A stretch of 64,000 nt of DNA from assembly GCA_001642005.1 (NCBI GenBank), contig LWCA01000057.1:1-64000 (forward strand). The letters run 5' to 3'. This document shows positions 1 to 12,400 of this stretch, one piece after another. The notes beneath the pieces are model-generated. The model was not told where the DNA came from and ran no database searches. It worked only from the letters and a program-made list of their open reading frames with translations. Source of the stretch: Intoshia linei. Taxonomy: Eukaryota; Animalia; Orthonectida. Within the stretch, counting starts at the first letter, position 1. Every line of letters starts with the position of its first letter. Made by a program: the position numbers and the translations under genes.

Positions 1-3000
1 ATTATCCACAAGATGGTATTATTTTTATGCAGATGTATTTTTCAGTGTTGTCTAATGTTATAATTCATATTAATTTAAACACATGTAGATTAATGTTTGA
101 TTCTTATATTTTTTATCGTGTTTTTTTTTATTTCAGGAAAGCGACTGAGATTGGAGAAAGAACTGGAAAAATTGGTATATTTTGTAATTTTAATTCTCAT
201 GAGGTTTTTGAAAATATATACATCTTTTTTTATATCTGATTTTAAATAGTTACGAATTATTTTAAATTATGTGAGAACCCCAAAATCAAAATTACTATGA
301 TGAATAGAGCTCTAACCCAAGTTATCCCTTAGTTATCTAGCTTTCTTAAAAAATTAAAATGTTGGGAGCCATTTGGCCTCCATTTGACCTCTTTATAAAC
401 TCATTTATGAATCTATCAAAATATTATGGTGTGGAGGAATTATTTTTGATTTTTTTATTCTACCATAAAAAACTTACTCAAACAATATTAATATTTAAGT
501 ACATTTAATTTACATACATTACATGTAGTGTCTTTTATTACATTTTTAAGTTGATATTCCTTTCCACTTCAAACCAATCAATCACCCTTGATCTAAAGTA
601 GTGAATCCGGAGACAATAATTATTCATGTTTAATTAGTCAATCTGTTTGAAAATCACCGTTTTACAAATAATTTTAAGCTTCCTTGTCGATATTGAAAAA
701 AGATCTTTCTGTGGAAATACAAAAAAAGAGAGAAGAATTGTACAACATTAAGTGTACAGATTACGCCCGTATGAATCCCATGGAGTTTCAAGACGAAGAA
801 GAACTTTTGGCCTTGTCTAGTGATGAAGATTTTAACCCTGAATCAATTACAAAATCAAATTCTATTTCTGACCTGGAAGATGAATCCAATGAATCTGTTG
901 AAGATGGTTTTTGATTAAATTTAAAATAATTTTTATTTTAATAGATAGTAAAGTGACTGACTTTTCATGTGTTAGTTTATTTGCAGCTCAGAAAAAAAAT
1001 GAAAATCCTGTATATGATGATAGCGTCTATTTGAAAGAAGCTGTCTCTAATTTGGTAATATTTCTGTTTCTAAAATTTTTCTAGTTTTTCCAATTTTTCG
1101 TTATTAATGAGCTAATAGAAAAAGTGCAGATATATAAAGACAGACAAAAGCTGATTTTTTGATAACCTTCATCTAAAATTTAGATTCTAAATGAAAAATT
1201 ACTACGGATGAGTCTACATAGATTATCCTACTTGTTGTCTTTATAACGGGAGAAACGATAAAAAGATTTTTATATATTTTTTGTAAAATTAATTATGAAC
1301 ATATTTTATGAAATGTAAATTTTATTCGGGTCTTTGTATTTTTATGTATTATGATTGACTACTCATGATTTATATATTAGAAATGTCAAATTGATGGAAT
1401 GGATGGAGAATTTTGTTTAGAAAGAGAAAATGAAAAACCTTTTAGCCAAAGTTTAGAAGATGGTTCATTTAAAACCAAATTGTTGCGTAAGAAATAAAAA
1501 TCTTTGATTAAATTTTCTAATTAGAAATCAATGATTCTTGTAATGTTATTTTGGAAGATAATTCGAAATTTATACCAGAATTGTGTTCCGGTTTATTTGA
1601 TTTAGACCCTTCTCAGTAAATTTTAAAAATTCTTACTTTATTTGTATATTTATAGATCTGATGAATCAGTTTCATCTACTTTTACGAAATCGCACTCAGA
1701 ATCATGTGTTAATTATGAAAGTAATTTTTAATATATTTTTATAGGTTTTAACATTGACTATAAATACATTTTTATTTATGTTAGAATACCGACAATTTAA
1801 AGAAAACCATATTGAAGACTCTAATGATTCAAACATTTTGAACAAAATTGAATCTAATAGAAGGTATTGTATTTTTTTCATTTAAAAAATTTTTTTAAAT
1901 TTATTATCTAGGAAAAATGATTTTATGGATAATGAAGCTGAATTGTCAGGTATGTTATTTTTTTATTTTTTATTTACATACATTAACATTTTAATTTTTT
2001 AGGTAGCGATCACAATGATGATATGGAAGATTGTGAATTTGGAGATGATTATTATGAATCTGATGAAATTACTGAAGACTTACCCTCTCAAAATAAAATT
2101 AAATCTCAAATAGACAAGGTTCACGTGTAATTTAAGAATTTTTATTTATATTATCAAATTTACCTTTCAGAAAAATTATGAAAGACGTTGATGATGATAA
2201 AATTGATAAGATTAAAGAAATGTTGCATATAAATGAGGATGGTACAATTGGTTCTAAACGTGTACGTAAATTTAAATGGAAATATTCTGAAAATGGTATT
2301 TTATTTATATAATCCTAATCGTTTTTCTAACTAAATTGGTTGAAACGTTTATTGGGAATAGGGGAAATTACGAGTGCTTTAGTGGTCCGCGATAAATTTT
2401 ATAATTTATTACCGACCCGTGACGAAAAAGTGTAGTAATGGATTAATTTACTGGATTAATCATTACTGAAGGAAAAAATGTTACCATGCTAGGTAGAAAT
2501 GCTTGCATAATTACATGAACATGTATGTATTTAAAATTTAAAATCTAGTTTCTTTTGCAATTCCTTAAAATCTGACAGTTGGCACGTTTTCTTTTGTCTA
2601 AAATTAAAAGTTAAATTATAAGTAAAATTTTAAATCGACCATAGATTGGAGGCACGTGCAGTCAGTAAATAAAAATATGAATGATTGAAATCAATCGAAT
2701 ATCAAGAGATTCGTGTTTTCATATATATTGACATTTTGCTTTTCACTTGTAAATTAATATTAAATTATTAAACTGTAAGTTGACTGTTTTGTACTACGTA
2801 CAAACAGCACCTAACTTTGCCGAGGGGGACTTTTTTTTAATTTTACCAAAATAATAAATTAAATAAGAAAATCTAACTTAAAATGCGACTATATACTATT
2901 ATCAATCCTTTATTTACTTTAAAGCAGGACTTCCCAACCTGGTCATATCGCCCACCTCTGGACGATTTTTAAATTTCAACGTTGCTATAAATCCTTTTGT

Positions 3001-5858
3001 AAAGCCTATAAATTTATTTTCTTTTGGCAATGTAATGTCTAAAACGTAATGTCAAGCTTTACATTAAATTTTAATTACAAAAAACTTCCTTATTTATTAA
3101 AAATTTTTAGTTTTTAAATAGATTATTCTACAGGTGGGCAATAAAAAATTATATCACCATAAAAATGCAACAAGTGGGCGATGCATGAAAAAAGATGATG
3201 CAGCCCTGATTTATAGGAATGGTTCCCAAACTTGTTTTACGTGGACCCGTTCTATTACATTACTTTTAATTTTAAGTGAATTATACCACCTTAATTTTAT
3301 TTTGTTAACATTTTTGTAAAGAATTTTAAAAACAATTAACCTTAATTAAAGATGATATATATTCAGTATCTGCTTTAGATGTCAAAAATATCAATTTTTT
3401 ATCAATAATTAACGGAATCAACACTTTAGAAACATATTTCGGATAAATTTTAACCAACATTGCAAAGCATTGTAATAAATATAAAAAATTTTGAAAATTA
3501 AAAATTGCGTACCAATAAAAAAAATTCCGAAGATATGAATTATATAGTGTTTCACCCATATTTCTTTATTGGAAATGTGTAGACGTTCAATGTCAATTTT
3601 TCGAAATAAAAAAAAATGAATACCAAAGTTCTTTTTTGACCGTGAAGGCGTGACTTTATCAGATTAAAATTTTTTGTGTGTTAACTGGATATACCTGTAT
3701 CATCTGTAATTTTTTAAACAAGACTTATTTTCTTAAATGAACTGGACCAGACAAACAAACAGACATACTTTTTTAACTAAATTCTTACTTATATAATATG
3801 CTACGCAATATTTGTATATATGTATGTTCCACAATATTTCAATAACTACCAGTTTTAGAATAATATAAAGTCCACATTTCAATTACAGTTTTTTCCGGGT
3901 GATAATAAGATACATTTCAATCTTTCAATCTCACATCTTACGGGTCAAAAACCCCAATTGTCCTTTTTTTGAAAATCAAACGAGTTGGAGAATTTAAAAA
4001 CATATATACGCTGATACGGATTTTAAAATCATAAACATTATCATAAATTTAAAAAAATTACATCTTCAAGGTCAAAACTACAAATTACCATTTTTTTTAT
4101 GAAAACAGCCCTAGAATTTAAAAAAATTAAAGGTGGTACAGTTGTATTCTGTTACTGAAACAAGTTTGGGAACCACTCCTTTAAAGGATTGATAATAGTG
4201 AATAGTAGGATTTTTAAGTTAGATTTTCAACGTGAATTTATTTTTTAAGTATAATAAAAATGTGCTCTCGGCAGAGCTAGGTCCTGTTTGTACGTAGTAT
4301 AGCGTAAATTTATTTTTTTGTATAATAAAAATGTGCCTTCGGCAGAGCTAGGTGCTGTTTGTACGTAGTACATAACATTCAACTCAGTTACTTTATATAA
4401 GTAAGGAGTAAAATGATAAAATTCAAATAAATTTCAACTTCAGAAATTTGCATCTTCCTGATCAAACGCATGTTATCATACATCAGAGGTCGGCAACCTT
4501 TTGCGTCTCTTGTCACTTTTTTATATTCTTTATAGACATTGTCTAATTGTATGTTTATATTATTATAAAAAAATTATATGGGTCCCGTTGTTGAAAATTT
4601 ACACATGATACATTTCAATTTTAACTTAAGAGAAAGGGTTTTATTATATTCAACAAAATAATATCAAGGCCGATCTGAAAATTCAGACTTGAAATGAATA
4701 TAATGAGCCAATTATAGTAGAAAATGTTAGAACAGTGTTTAAAGATTGAAAAATTTAAAAATAAATAATTTATTCAAAGGACCATCAAAATTATTCTGTG
4801 TGCCACTGGTTGCCGACCCCTGTCATACAGTATCGTGAAATACAAATGTATTTTATTTATATTAAATGGTAACTTACCATTGGTAAGTGTATGTTAACTA
4901 GAAATGGATCCATTGAAATTTTTATTTCTTTAATGAGTTCACGCCGAGCGGCGATACTGAAGCTTTTTTATAAATTTTAACTAATCCCATGTGTTTTAAT
5001 GATTATTTTCTGATTCCCATGTAAAAGGAATGTTTATATTTTGTGAATTGTAGTAACAGTGTGATATTGTTTTTAAGAATCTCGAATAAAACATCTGGTG
5101 GTATATCTGAAAGTTATTCCCCGTCTGATTTTTATTTCAAATTGTAAACTTAGCCCCAGAAAAGGATGTAATCATTGTTATTACTGATTATTAAATTTTA
5201 GAGAATGCTAATTTTGCATTGGCACATAAAGACGGATTTGATGAACCACCTCCAAAGGATAATGTAAATTCATTAGAAATTTCTGACGATACATTGTCAA
5301 ATAGCGTATGGCGGAAAGAATGTTTAAAACGCAAAAGAATGATGGATAAGGTTTCGATTTTATTGATTATGTAACATATTTTATGTATTAATTAATATTA
5401 ATTTGAATTATTGGAATTATTTGAATTATTGATATGACATAGCAATAGGATGAGTATAATTATTTGAATAAAAAAATCGGATTAAATGTCTATCGAGTAT
5501 TGATAATTTATTGTTTAGAATATGAATTCGACGCAATTGGACCATAAAAGTTTACTTGGAAAAGGATTATCGTTTATAAAAAATGGAAAAATAAATAGAA
5601 ATACCATAAATATTCGAAACAATGTAATGCATTTTTATAATGTTAATTAAATTTTAGATTTCTGGAGACGATTCTAGTAAAAAGTACAACAAATCTTCAA
5701 TATTATCCAACATTCTGAATCATAACGAATTGGTAGAGTCTACCAAAAGTGCATCAGTATCTTCTTTACCAAAGCATTACATTAATCAAGTTTCCTCAAA
5801 TACCTCTTCATCAAAATCTCGGAAAAATTTTGTTTTTGAATCAATCAAAAAGCATTAG
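1..5858 (+). CDS. CLSPN: Claspin (Chk1 adaptor), multi-exon, 5' part outside window
   Basis: Spliced exons give SLSILKKDLSVEIQKKREE followed by an acidic run, a Chk1-binding motif ELCSGLF (1578-1598), FMDNEAELSG-SD..EDLPSQNKIKSQIDKVH..GSKRVRKFKWK, then after a ~2.9-kb TE-filled intron SVWRKECLKR and RKNFVFES..KH* (TAG 5856-5858). These blocks are colinear with the Claspin C-terminal half. Confidence 0.88.
2775..3720 (-). mobile_element. Non-autonomous Helitron-like copy in Claspin intron, interrupted by a MITE
   Basis: Reverse complement of the family 3' end (gttgactgttttgtactacgtacaaacagcacc, ~2779-2811) plus internal family blocks such as tttgaccgtgaaggcgtgac. Boundaries are approximate. 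Confidence 0.65.
2924..3208. mobile_element. hAT-type MITE nested in Helitron
   Basis: Ends caggacttcccaacc ... gcagccctg with an imperfect 8-bp TSD ctttaaag/atttatag. It splits the Helitron consensus atcctttaaaggagtggttccc. A related start occurs at ~14070. Confidence 0.55.
3782..4389 (+). mobile_element. Non-autonomous Helitron-like copy with tandemly duplicated 3' end
   Basis: 5' ttcttacttatataatatgc matches the family 5' end. The 3' block (cggcagagctaggt.ctgtttgtacgtagta) is present twice with a ~72-nt period (4231 and 4303). Confidence 0.7.
4484..4822. mobile_element. hAT MITE
   Basis: TIRs cagaggtcggcaacc / ggttgccgacccctg; 8-bp TSD tcatacat/tcatacag. Confidence 0.8.
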
Positions 5859-6019
5859 TAATTTTGATAATTTGCATTGTGTAATATAATATTTAAATCA
5901 ATAATTTTAATTAAAATTGCTCATAATTTTAAATTTTAATTAAATTAAATTGTATTATCAATTGACTTGATTTTAATTATTGAATTTTTTCAGAATTGTT
6001 AATTTAAAAGTGTAAAATT

Positions 6020-6910
6020 CTTCACCTGCGGTCAGTTATCTAATGTAATTTTGACGTGTATAAATTACCGGAGACGTTTTAATTTGTTTCAATATGCGAC
6101 AAGTGTTTTGAAAATGACTTGGTGCAATACCAGCTGTAGGGTAATAATTTGCAAGTATTTGCAGAATCATGTCAATTCTGCTTTACTATTTCGTGAAGCA
6201 TCTGCAATTGGTTTTGCATTCAAATCAAATATTTGCGATTAATCTATAGGTACGTTATCTGCTACTTTATAAAAATGTATACAATTGCCGTTATAAGAGA
6301 TTCTTTGGAGATAAATTAAATATATTTATCAGTGACGACGCCGACACTGTTTACCATCATTCGAAAAATTTAATTTGTGCATGACTCGTATGCGATGTTT
6401 ACAATGTAATAAAATTTCGTGGTGAAATAACTAAGGTATTTTATTACAGCATTTATACCTACATATCAGAGTGCAACAATTCAATACATTCGGAATGCGT
6501 AATTTTATATTGTACGTTCGTAATTAGTTTACATGATTAAATTAAACCAGGTCACCACACTCTAATTTATATTTGCGTTTTTTCCGCATACAGCCTTATA
6601 TTATTCGTATTCCGATTACAATTTGTCTGTGTATATACACTTTAGTTATCCAATTTTTACAACTAATTCTCATCTCATCTCTGGTATTTCTACTAAAATG
6701 ATACACTTTTGTTTGTTTTTCAATTTTCATTAACGCTAATGTTTACATGATAAAATCAATTTTGAGACATTTTAATTTATAGGCGTGGTTATTCAGTTTA
6801 TATACTAATGATCAATACATTTTACTCCTATAAATAATGTACATCACCACTTCACTAGCAGATGGCCACGTATTATTTACATATTATGTAGCTTAGCCAA
6901 TCATAGATTT
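6020..6910 (+). promoter_or_regulatory. Putative INSM upstream regulatory region (E-boxes, CCAAT)
   Basis: TE-free stretch with CACCTG 6023, CAGCTG 6131, CATCTG 6199, CAGATGG 6859 and GCCAATCA 6896. Evidence is motif-level only. Confidence 0.4.
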
Positions 6911-7016
6911 AAGATGATACCGTTAAAATTATGTTATTATTGTTACACAAATTTTGGATAATCATTCTATACATATTGTAATTTTTTGTAAATCAAATCT
7001 ACGTTAAATAATAACA

Positions 7017-8567
7017 ATGACAAACAGTGGTTTTTTGATTAGCGATATAATGAGGAAACAAGTTAATAAATTGAACAAACCAATTCCAAACGATTTATCT
7101 AAAGGAAATGATGGCATGTCCTCTGGTATTTTGGAAGCGATTTTGAGAAACAATCGACAAATGAGTAATAGAATTGATGCGCAAAGGGTTAATGAATATT
7201 GGAACCAGTTGGCATATTTCTATGAATTTCAAAAATTGAAATATTATTACAAGATGAATAATGTCAATAATTTTCAAAATATGAGTGGTGTAGGTTTTAA
7301 TTTAATGAATCAACGTGAAAATTTATCAAACGTACAATCCAATTTCTATCCTCAAATGGCCAATAATTATAATTTCAATCATGCTACCTCAAATTCCAAT
7401 TATTTTCACGAAAATTTAAACCCGGAAGAACAAGTGCATTTATTTAATAAATATATAAACGTTAAACCTCAAGATTTAAGAAACAAAATTAAAATTGATT
7501 CTTCAGAATATGATAAAAACGTTCAACAAAATTTACGACGTAAACGCAAGTCTTGTAAAACGCAGAGATACAATCGTAAAAATAGTTTTGTTCAAAATGA
7601 AAAAGATTCTTTACCTCTTTCAGGACTCTATATCATTGACCCAATAAATTTAAAAACAATAACCTCCCCTCAATCAGACGGCAATAATTTTATGAAACCT
7701 CACCAATTTATCAATAAAAGCAAATCTGTTGAATTATCAAATCCATTTTCCAGTACTTTAAATTCCTCTCATAAAAAAACTATTTCAGAGGGCGAAGTTG
7801 GGAAAAGTCCCGTTAAAAAGTTTTCACCTAAAAAAAGACTTTTAGACTCAAGCAGTCTATTGAATGGCAGTTTACCTAAAAAACAGAAATGTGTTGATGA
7901 GGATTTACAAAATACTGACATTTCTGAAGAATGGAACGCTATTGATGTTTCTGTTGAGGCCAGAAAGAAATTGGAAAAAATTAAAAATACTATTGGAGAT
8001 TTTATTTGTAAATTATGTACTGTTAAATATGAAGATGCCTTCAAGTTGGCTAAACATCGCTGTCCCAGAATTGCTTATATGGTAAATTTTTTATTTTCAT
8101 TTTCATTTCAGTTTTTTTTATTCTTTTATAATTTTTATTTTAATTATTATTTTGTTAATTTCACAATTTAGGAATACAAATGTCCAGAATGTACTAAGCA
8201 ATTTAATAGCCCGGCAAATTTAGCATCTCATCGAAGGTGGCACAAACCCATTCCGCATAAAGTGTTCAAAAAATACCTCAAACCCAATTTGTGTAATTTT
8301 TGTCAACATACCTTTAAAAGCACATCAGACTTACTCAAACATAAAGTCGAAATGCATGGATTTCAAGAATCCGATTCAGTTTCATTCAATGAACCAAAAA
8401 CTCTTAAACCTGCACAATTGTTCAAATCACAGGATGATAATTCCAAAAATTTCTACAATATCGATAAAGACATGAAATTTTTATCAAATATTGACCTAAA
8501 ACTTAACTTTCCATCAAATTGCACACAAGATATTTCAAAATCACAACAAATAGACGTTGTCAATTAA
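7017..8567 (+). CDS. INSM: INSM/Nerfin/EGL-46 family C2H2 zinc-finger transcription factor (~486 aa; exons 7017-8081, 8172-8567)
   Basis: [29 protein letters not shown]|[26 protein letters not shown] is the INSM signature finger pair. A third finger reads [23 protein letters not shown] 90-nt GT-AG intron joins the exons in frame. Confidence 0.93.
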
Positions 8568-9439
8568 TTTAAATACATATATCTGTTAATTTTATTATTT
8601 GGTATTTTTATGTATATGGTATTGACCCAATGGGCAGATTGTTTCATTTTTATATTTTTCGGCTTTTTATGCATTTATTTATCTGTAATGTTTCATTTAT
8701 ATACGTGCATTTTTAAAATACTGTTTCCACCTGCCTAGTCGAACCATTATCATAAAAAATTTGTTACATGATTGCGGAACTATTTTATATTAGTCATCTG
8801 CACTCACATCTGTTTTAACATGTAGGATATTTCTGCACCAACATTAAAAATCGAAATGTAAACAACAATCTTATTCTTTGATGCTATACTGGTCAATTAC
8901 CAGTAATACTCTTTTAATGTTTATATTTAATACACAATCAGTGCATTATAGCTGTTGCTAATTTGGTATTTTCTTTAATCCTTTTTAATCCAGGATATTA
9001 CAACCGGAAACCTATTCAAAGCAATATATTGCATTTAAAGATTAGAGATATATCAAAGATTAAATTTTACCAGATTTGCTATTAGCTGAAATTATGAACA
9101 TGACAGATCAAAGGAAATATAATAAGATATGCTCATCGTTTTTCTTTTGTAAAATTAGTTTTATTATTCTAGAAAAAAAATTGATAATTTTAATAAAATT
9201 AGTGACTCACACAACTAAACATGAATGTAAACAATACAAGTGCAAATAGGGGCAAATTTATCAGATAGCTGTTTTTCAAATTTGTGTATTTTTACATGTT
9301 ATGAAATTATTGTAATCAATTGTACAAATATTTTGAAAAATTACTTTGCACGGTTTTAAATGTTGCATTTATTTACTTAATTTTAAATTTTTGAAATGTT
9401 AATTGTATAAAATATTTTTATGACTTAGAAATTATATAT

Positions 9440-12400
9440 CAAGGGTATAAGACATGCCATTCTTCCGTTAATTTAATTTAAATTTACTGCAAACTCATAA
9501 AATCATAAGCATTATCATAAATGGCACCATCAAAAAATGCATTTTCAAGATCAAAATCCCAGATTACCTTTTTTTTTTAAAAATGAAAATATTTCTAGAA
9601 TTTTAAAAAAAATTACAGCTGATATATTTATATCCAGTGAACACACAAAAAAAATTTCAATCTGAAAAAGTGACGCCTTCACGGTAAAAAAAGCACTTTA
9701 ATATTAATTTTTTTTTATTTAGAAACTATTTTATTAACTATTTTGTAAACCAACAAATTTAAAAGACTTAAGTCCTACAATTAAAAAAAAAATTAATCTG
9801 ATACAGATTAATTCAGTTGAAGCAAAATACAAAATTTCAACCCCAGAAATCTACGCATTCTCAGTGAAAAATAACTTTTAATATATTATCAACCAATATT
9901 TTTCAAATGTTTGGATCAAAATTAAGAATGAAAAAGTAAATACTTATTCTACAATTTAAAAAAAATATGCATTGAACGTCTACACAAATCAAATAAAGAG
10001 ATATGGGTCGAAATCTCATAAATTAATTTCTTCGGTCTTGAACCAAAATTGTTCAAGAATGAAATTGACCAATATCAATCATACATTAACTAAATTTTTT
10101 ACAAATGATGCGTAGTACTATATCCCTAGTCACCTCTCCAAGACCGTGCACAGATCTCGAGTTCAGACTCTGGACTTACAGTTTAAATTTGACACAAAAT
10201 TGTTGATATTAAAAAATATATTTTTTTATTTGAATACTGTTACTGACCAGTGGCGGATCTAAGATTTTCAGCCAGGTGGCGAAATAATCATTGCGAGCTA
10301 AACTCATATAATGTATTTAAATTTGAATTTTTATGAATATATTTCTTTATCTATAATTATAATCCTTACTTATAAAATTTTGCTATGCAATATTTGTTTG
10401 TGTGTGTTACCGTTTATTTCAATAACTACCAGTCTTAGGATTTTATAAAGTCCACCTTTCAATTACAATTTTTTTATTAGGGGTGTTAGCAAAAAAATTT
10501 CAATTTCCAAACTCACATCTTACGGATCAAAAAGCTCAAATGTTTTTTTTTTGAAAATCAAAGGAGTTCGAAAATTTAAAAAAATATATCTTCAGGGCCA
10601 AAACCACAAATTACCTTTTTTTTAATGAAAACAGCCCTAGAATTTAAAAAAATTTACAGGTGGTACAGTTTATCCTGAAACAACTGCATCAAAATCGACA
10701 TTTCGGAAAGTTCTCTTTGGATTATGAACAACGTTAAGTCCGATAATTATCGGACTATAATTGAACTTAAACTGCTGTTAAACTCCGATAAAAAATTAAT
10801 ATACATAAAAAGTTAATAATGATAAGCATAATCCAATAAACGCAATTTGATGGATTCTAAAAATTTTTAATTTTACACAATGTTAATATACAAATTAAAA
10901 TATTGTAGGGTACATTTGTCACGCCAGGGGGTGACCTTCCTGCATTACACCTATATCTTATACTGTTACTGACATATCAATATATCATATTCAATACGGT
11001 CTTAAATTTGAATTTTTTATACATTTGAATTTATTGAATTTATAAATAACTCATTTACATTTCATTATCATCAATTTCTAAAATTTTAATAATTATAAAT
11101 CAAAATAACATGCAAATTTATAAGGTTTTACATTAAGTATCATGTATCAAATATTTTACTTTGTAAATTTAACATCAAAGTAAATTTTTATTTTACATTT
11201 TTAATTTTTAATTTTTGTAATGTTGATGATGCATGAATCATGATCACACTAAGAATACATTCGTGTAAATTTAATTGTAGAAAATTGTTTGGACTTTGTA
11301 CAAACAGCAGCTAGCTCTGCCGAAGGCCGAATTTTTATTAGTTAAGCAATGAGTTTATTTTTCGAAATTGTAGAATGAATATTTTTAATTTTAATCCAAA
11401 AATTTGGAAAAAATTGATTGATAAAATATGAAGTTATTTTTTACTGGGAATGCGTAGATTCCTGTCGTGGAAATTTTATATCTACATGAATGTATATCAA
11501 CTGGAATAAGCTGTATCAGAATAATAATTTTTTAATGTAGGACAGTTAATAATTTCAAATTTTTTGTTTAAAAATAGATACCAAATCAAAAAAGATGAAT
11601 ACCAAAGTGTTTTTTTGATCGTGAAGGCGTCACGTTGTCAGCTTGAAATTTTTTGTATACACACATGTGTTAACTAGATTAACTTGTATCTTCATTTCAT
11701 TTAATATTAATTAGTATTATTTTTTAAAATTATAGCACTGTTTTAATTTTTTAAAAAAATCGTAATCTGGACTTGATAGTGAAAATGCATTTTTTTCAGG
11801 TTGTCATTTATGATAATGCTGTATTCAGAATTTATGTTTTTATAAAATTTTAGGAATTTTATCATTTTTAAAACAAAAGATAATTTGTGGTTTTGAACAG
11901 AAAATGTCCGTTTCTGGGCTTAACTTTATGACAACGTTAATGATTTTAACATTTTAAAACGCGTTCCAAAATTTATGTTTTTTTAAATTTTAGGGCTGAT
12001 TCTACATATTTATAATATCTTAACTGTATTTGTAAATAAGAAGAAATTCTGTTTTTGACACTGAACGACTGAATTTCGTAAAATGAAACTTATATATAAC
12101 ATCATTCGAGAAAAGCTGCATAATAACTTCTTATTAAGAAGTTTGGTGTTTATATTCTACCACAGTTAATTTTTAAAATATACATTAACACACAATCAGA
12201 CATTCAATTTTATATAAGTAAAGGATTTGTTCGTAGAGCTGAACCTACCAATCTCGAGGCCACCCAAAAATCAAAAATAGACCCTAAAATATATATACGC
12301 AAACGATTCGTAGTTTCATATAGCCCTAGCCACCTCTGCAATACTCTTGACTGGAAATTTTAAATTAGCACACAAAATAATTATGATATTCAAGAAGACA

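Noticed and set aside
3134-3559. Short ORFs in repeats (also 18160, 21007, 26327, 34472, 39461, 45834, 60954)
   Set aside because: They lie in or overlap non-coding MITE/Helitron sequence and show no protein motifs.
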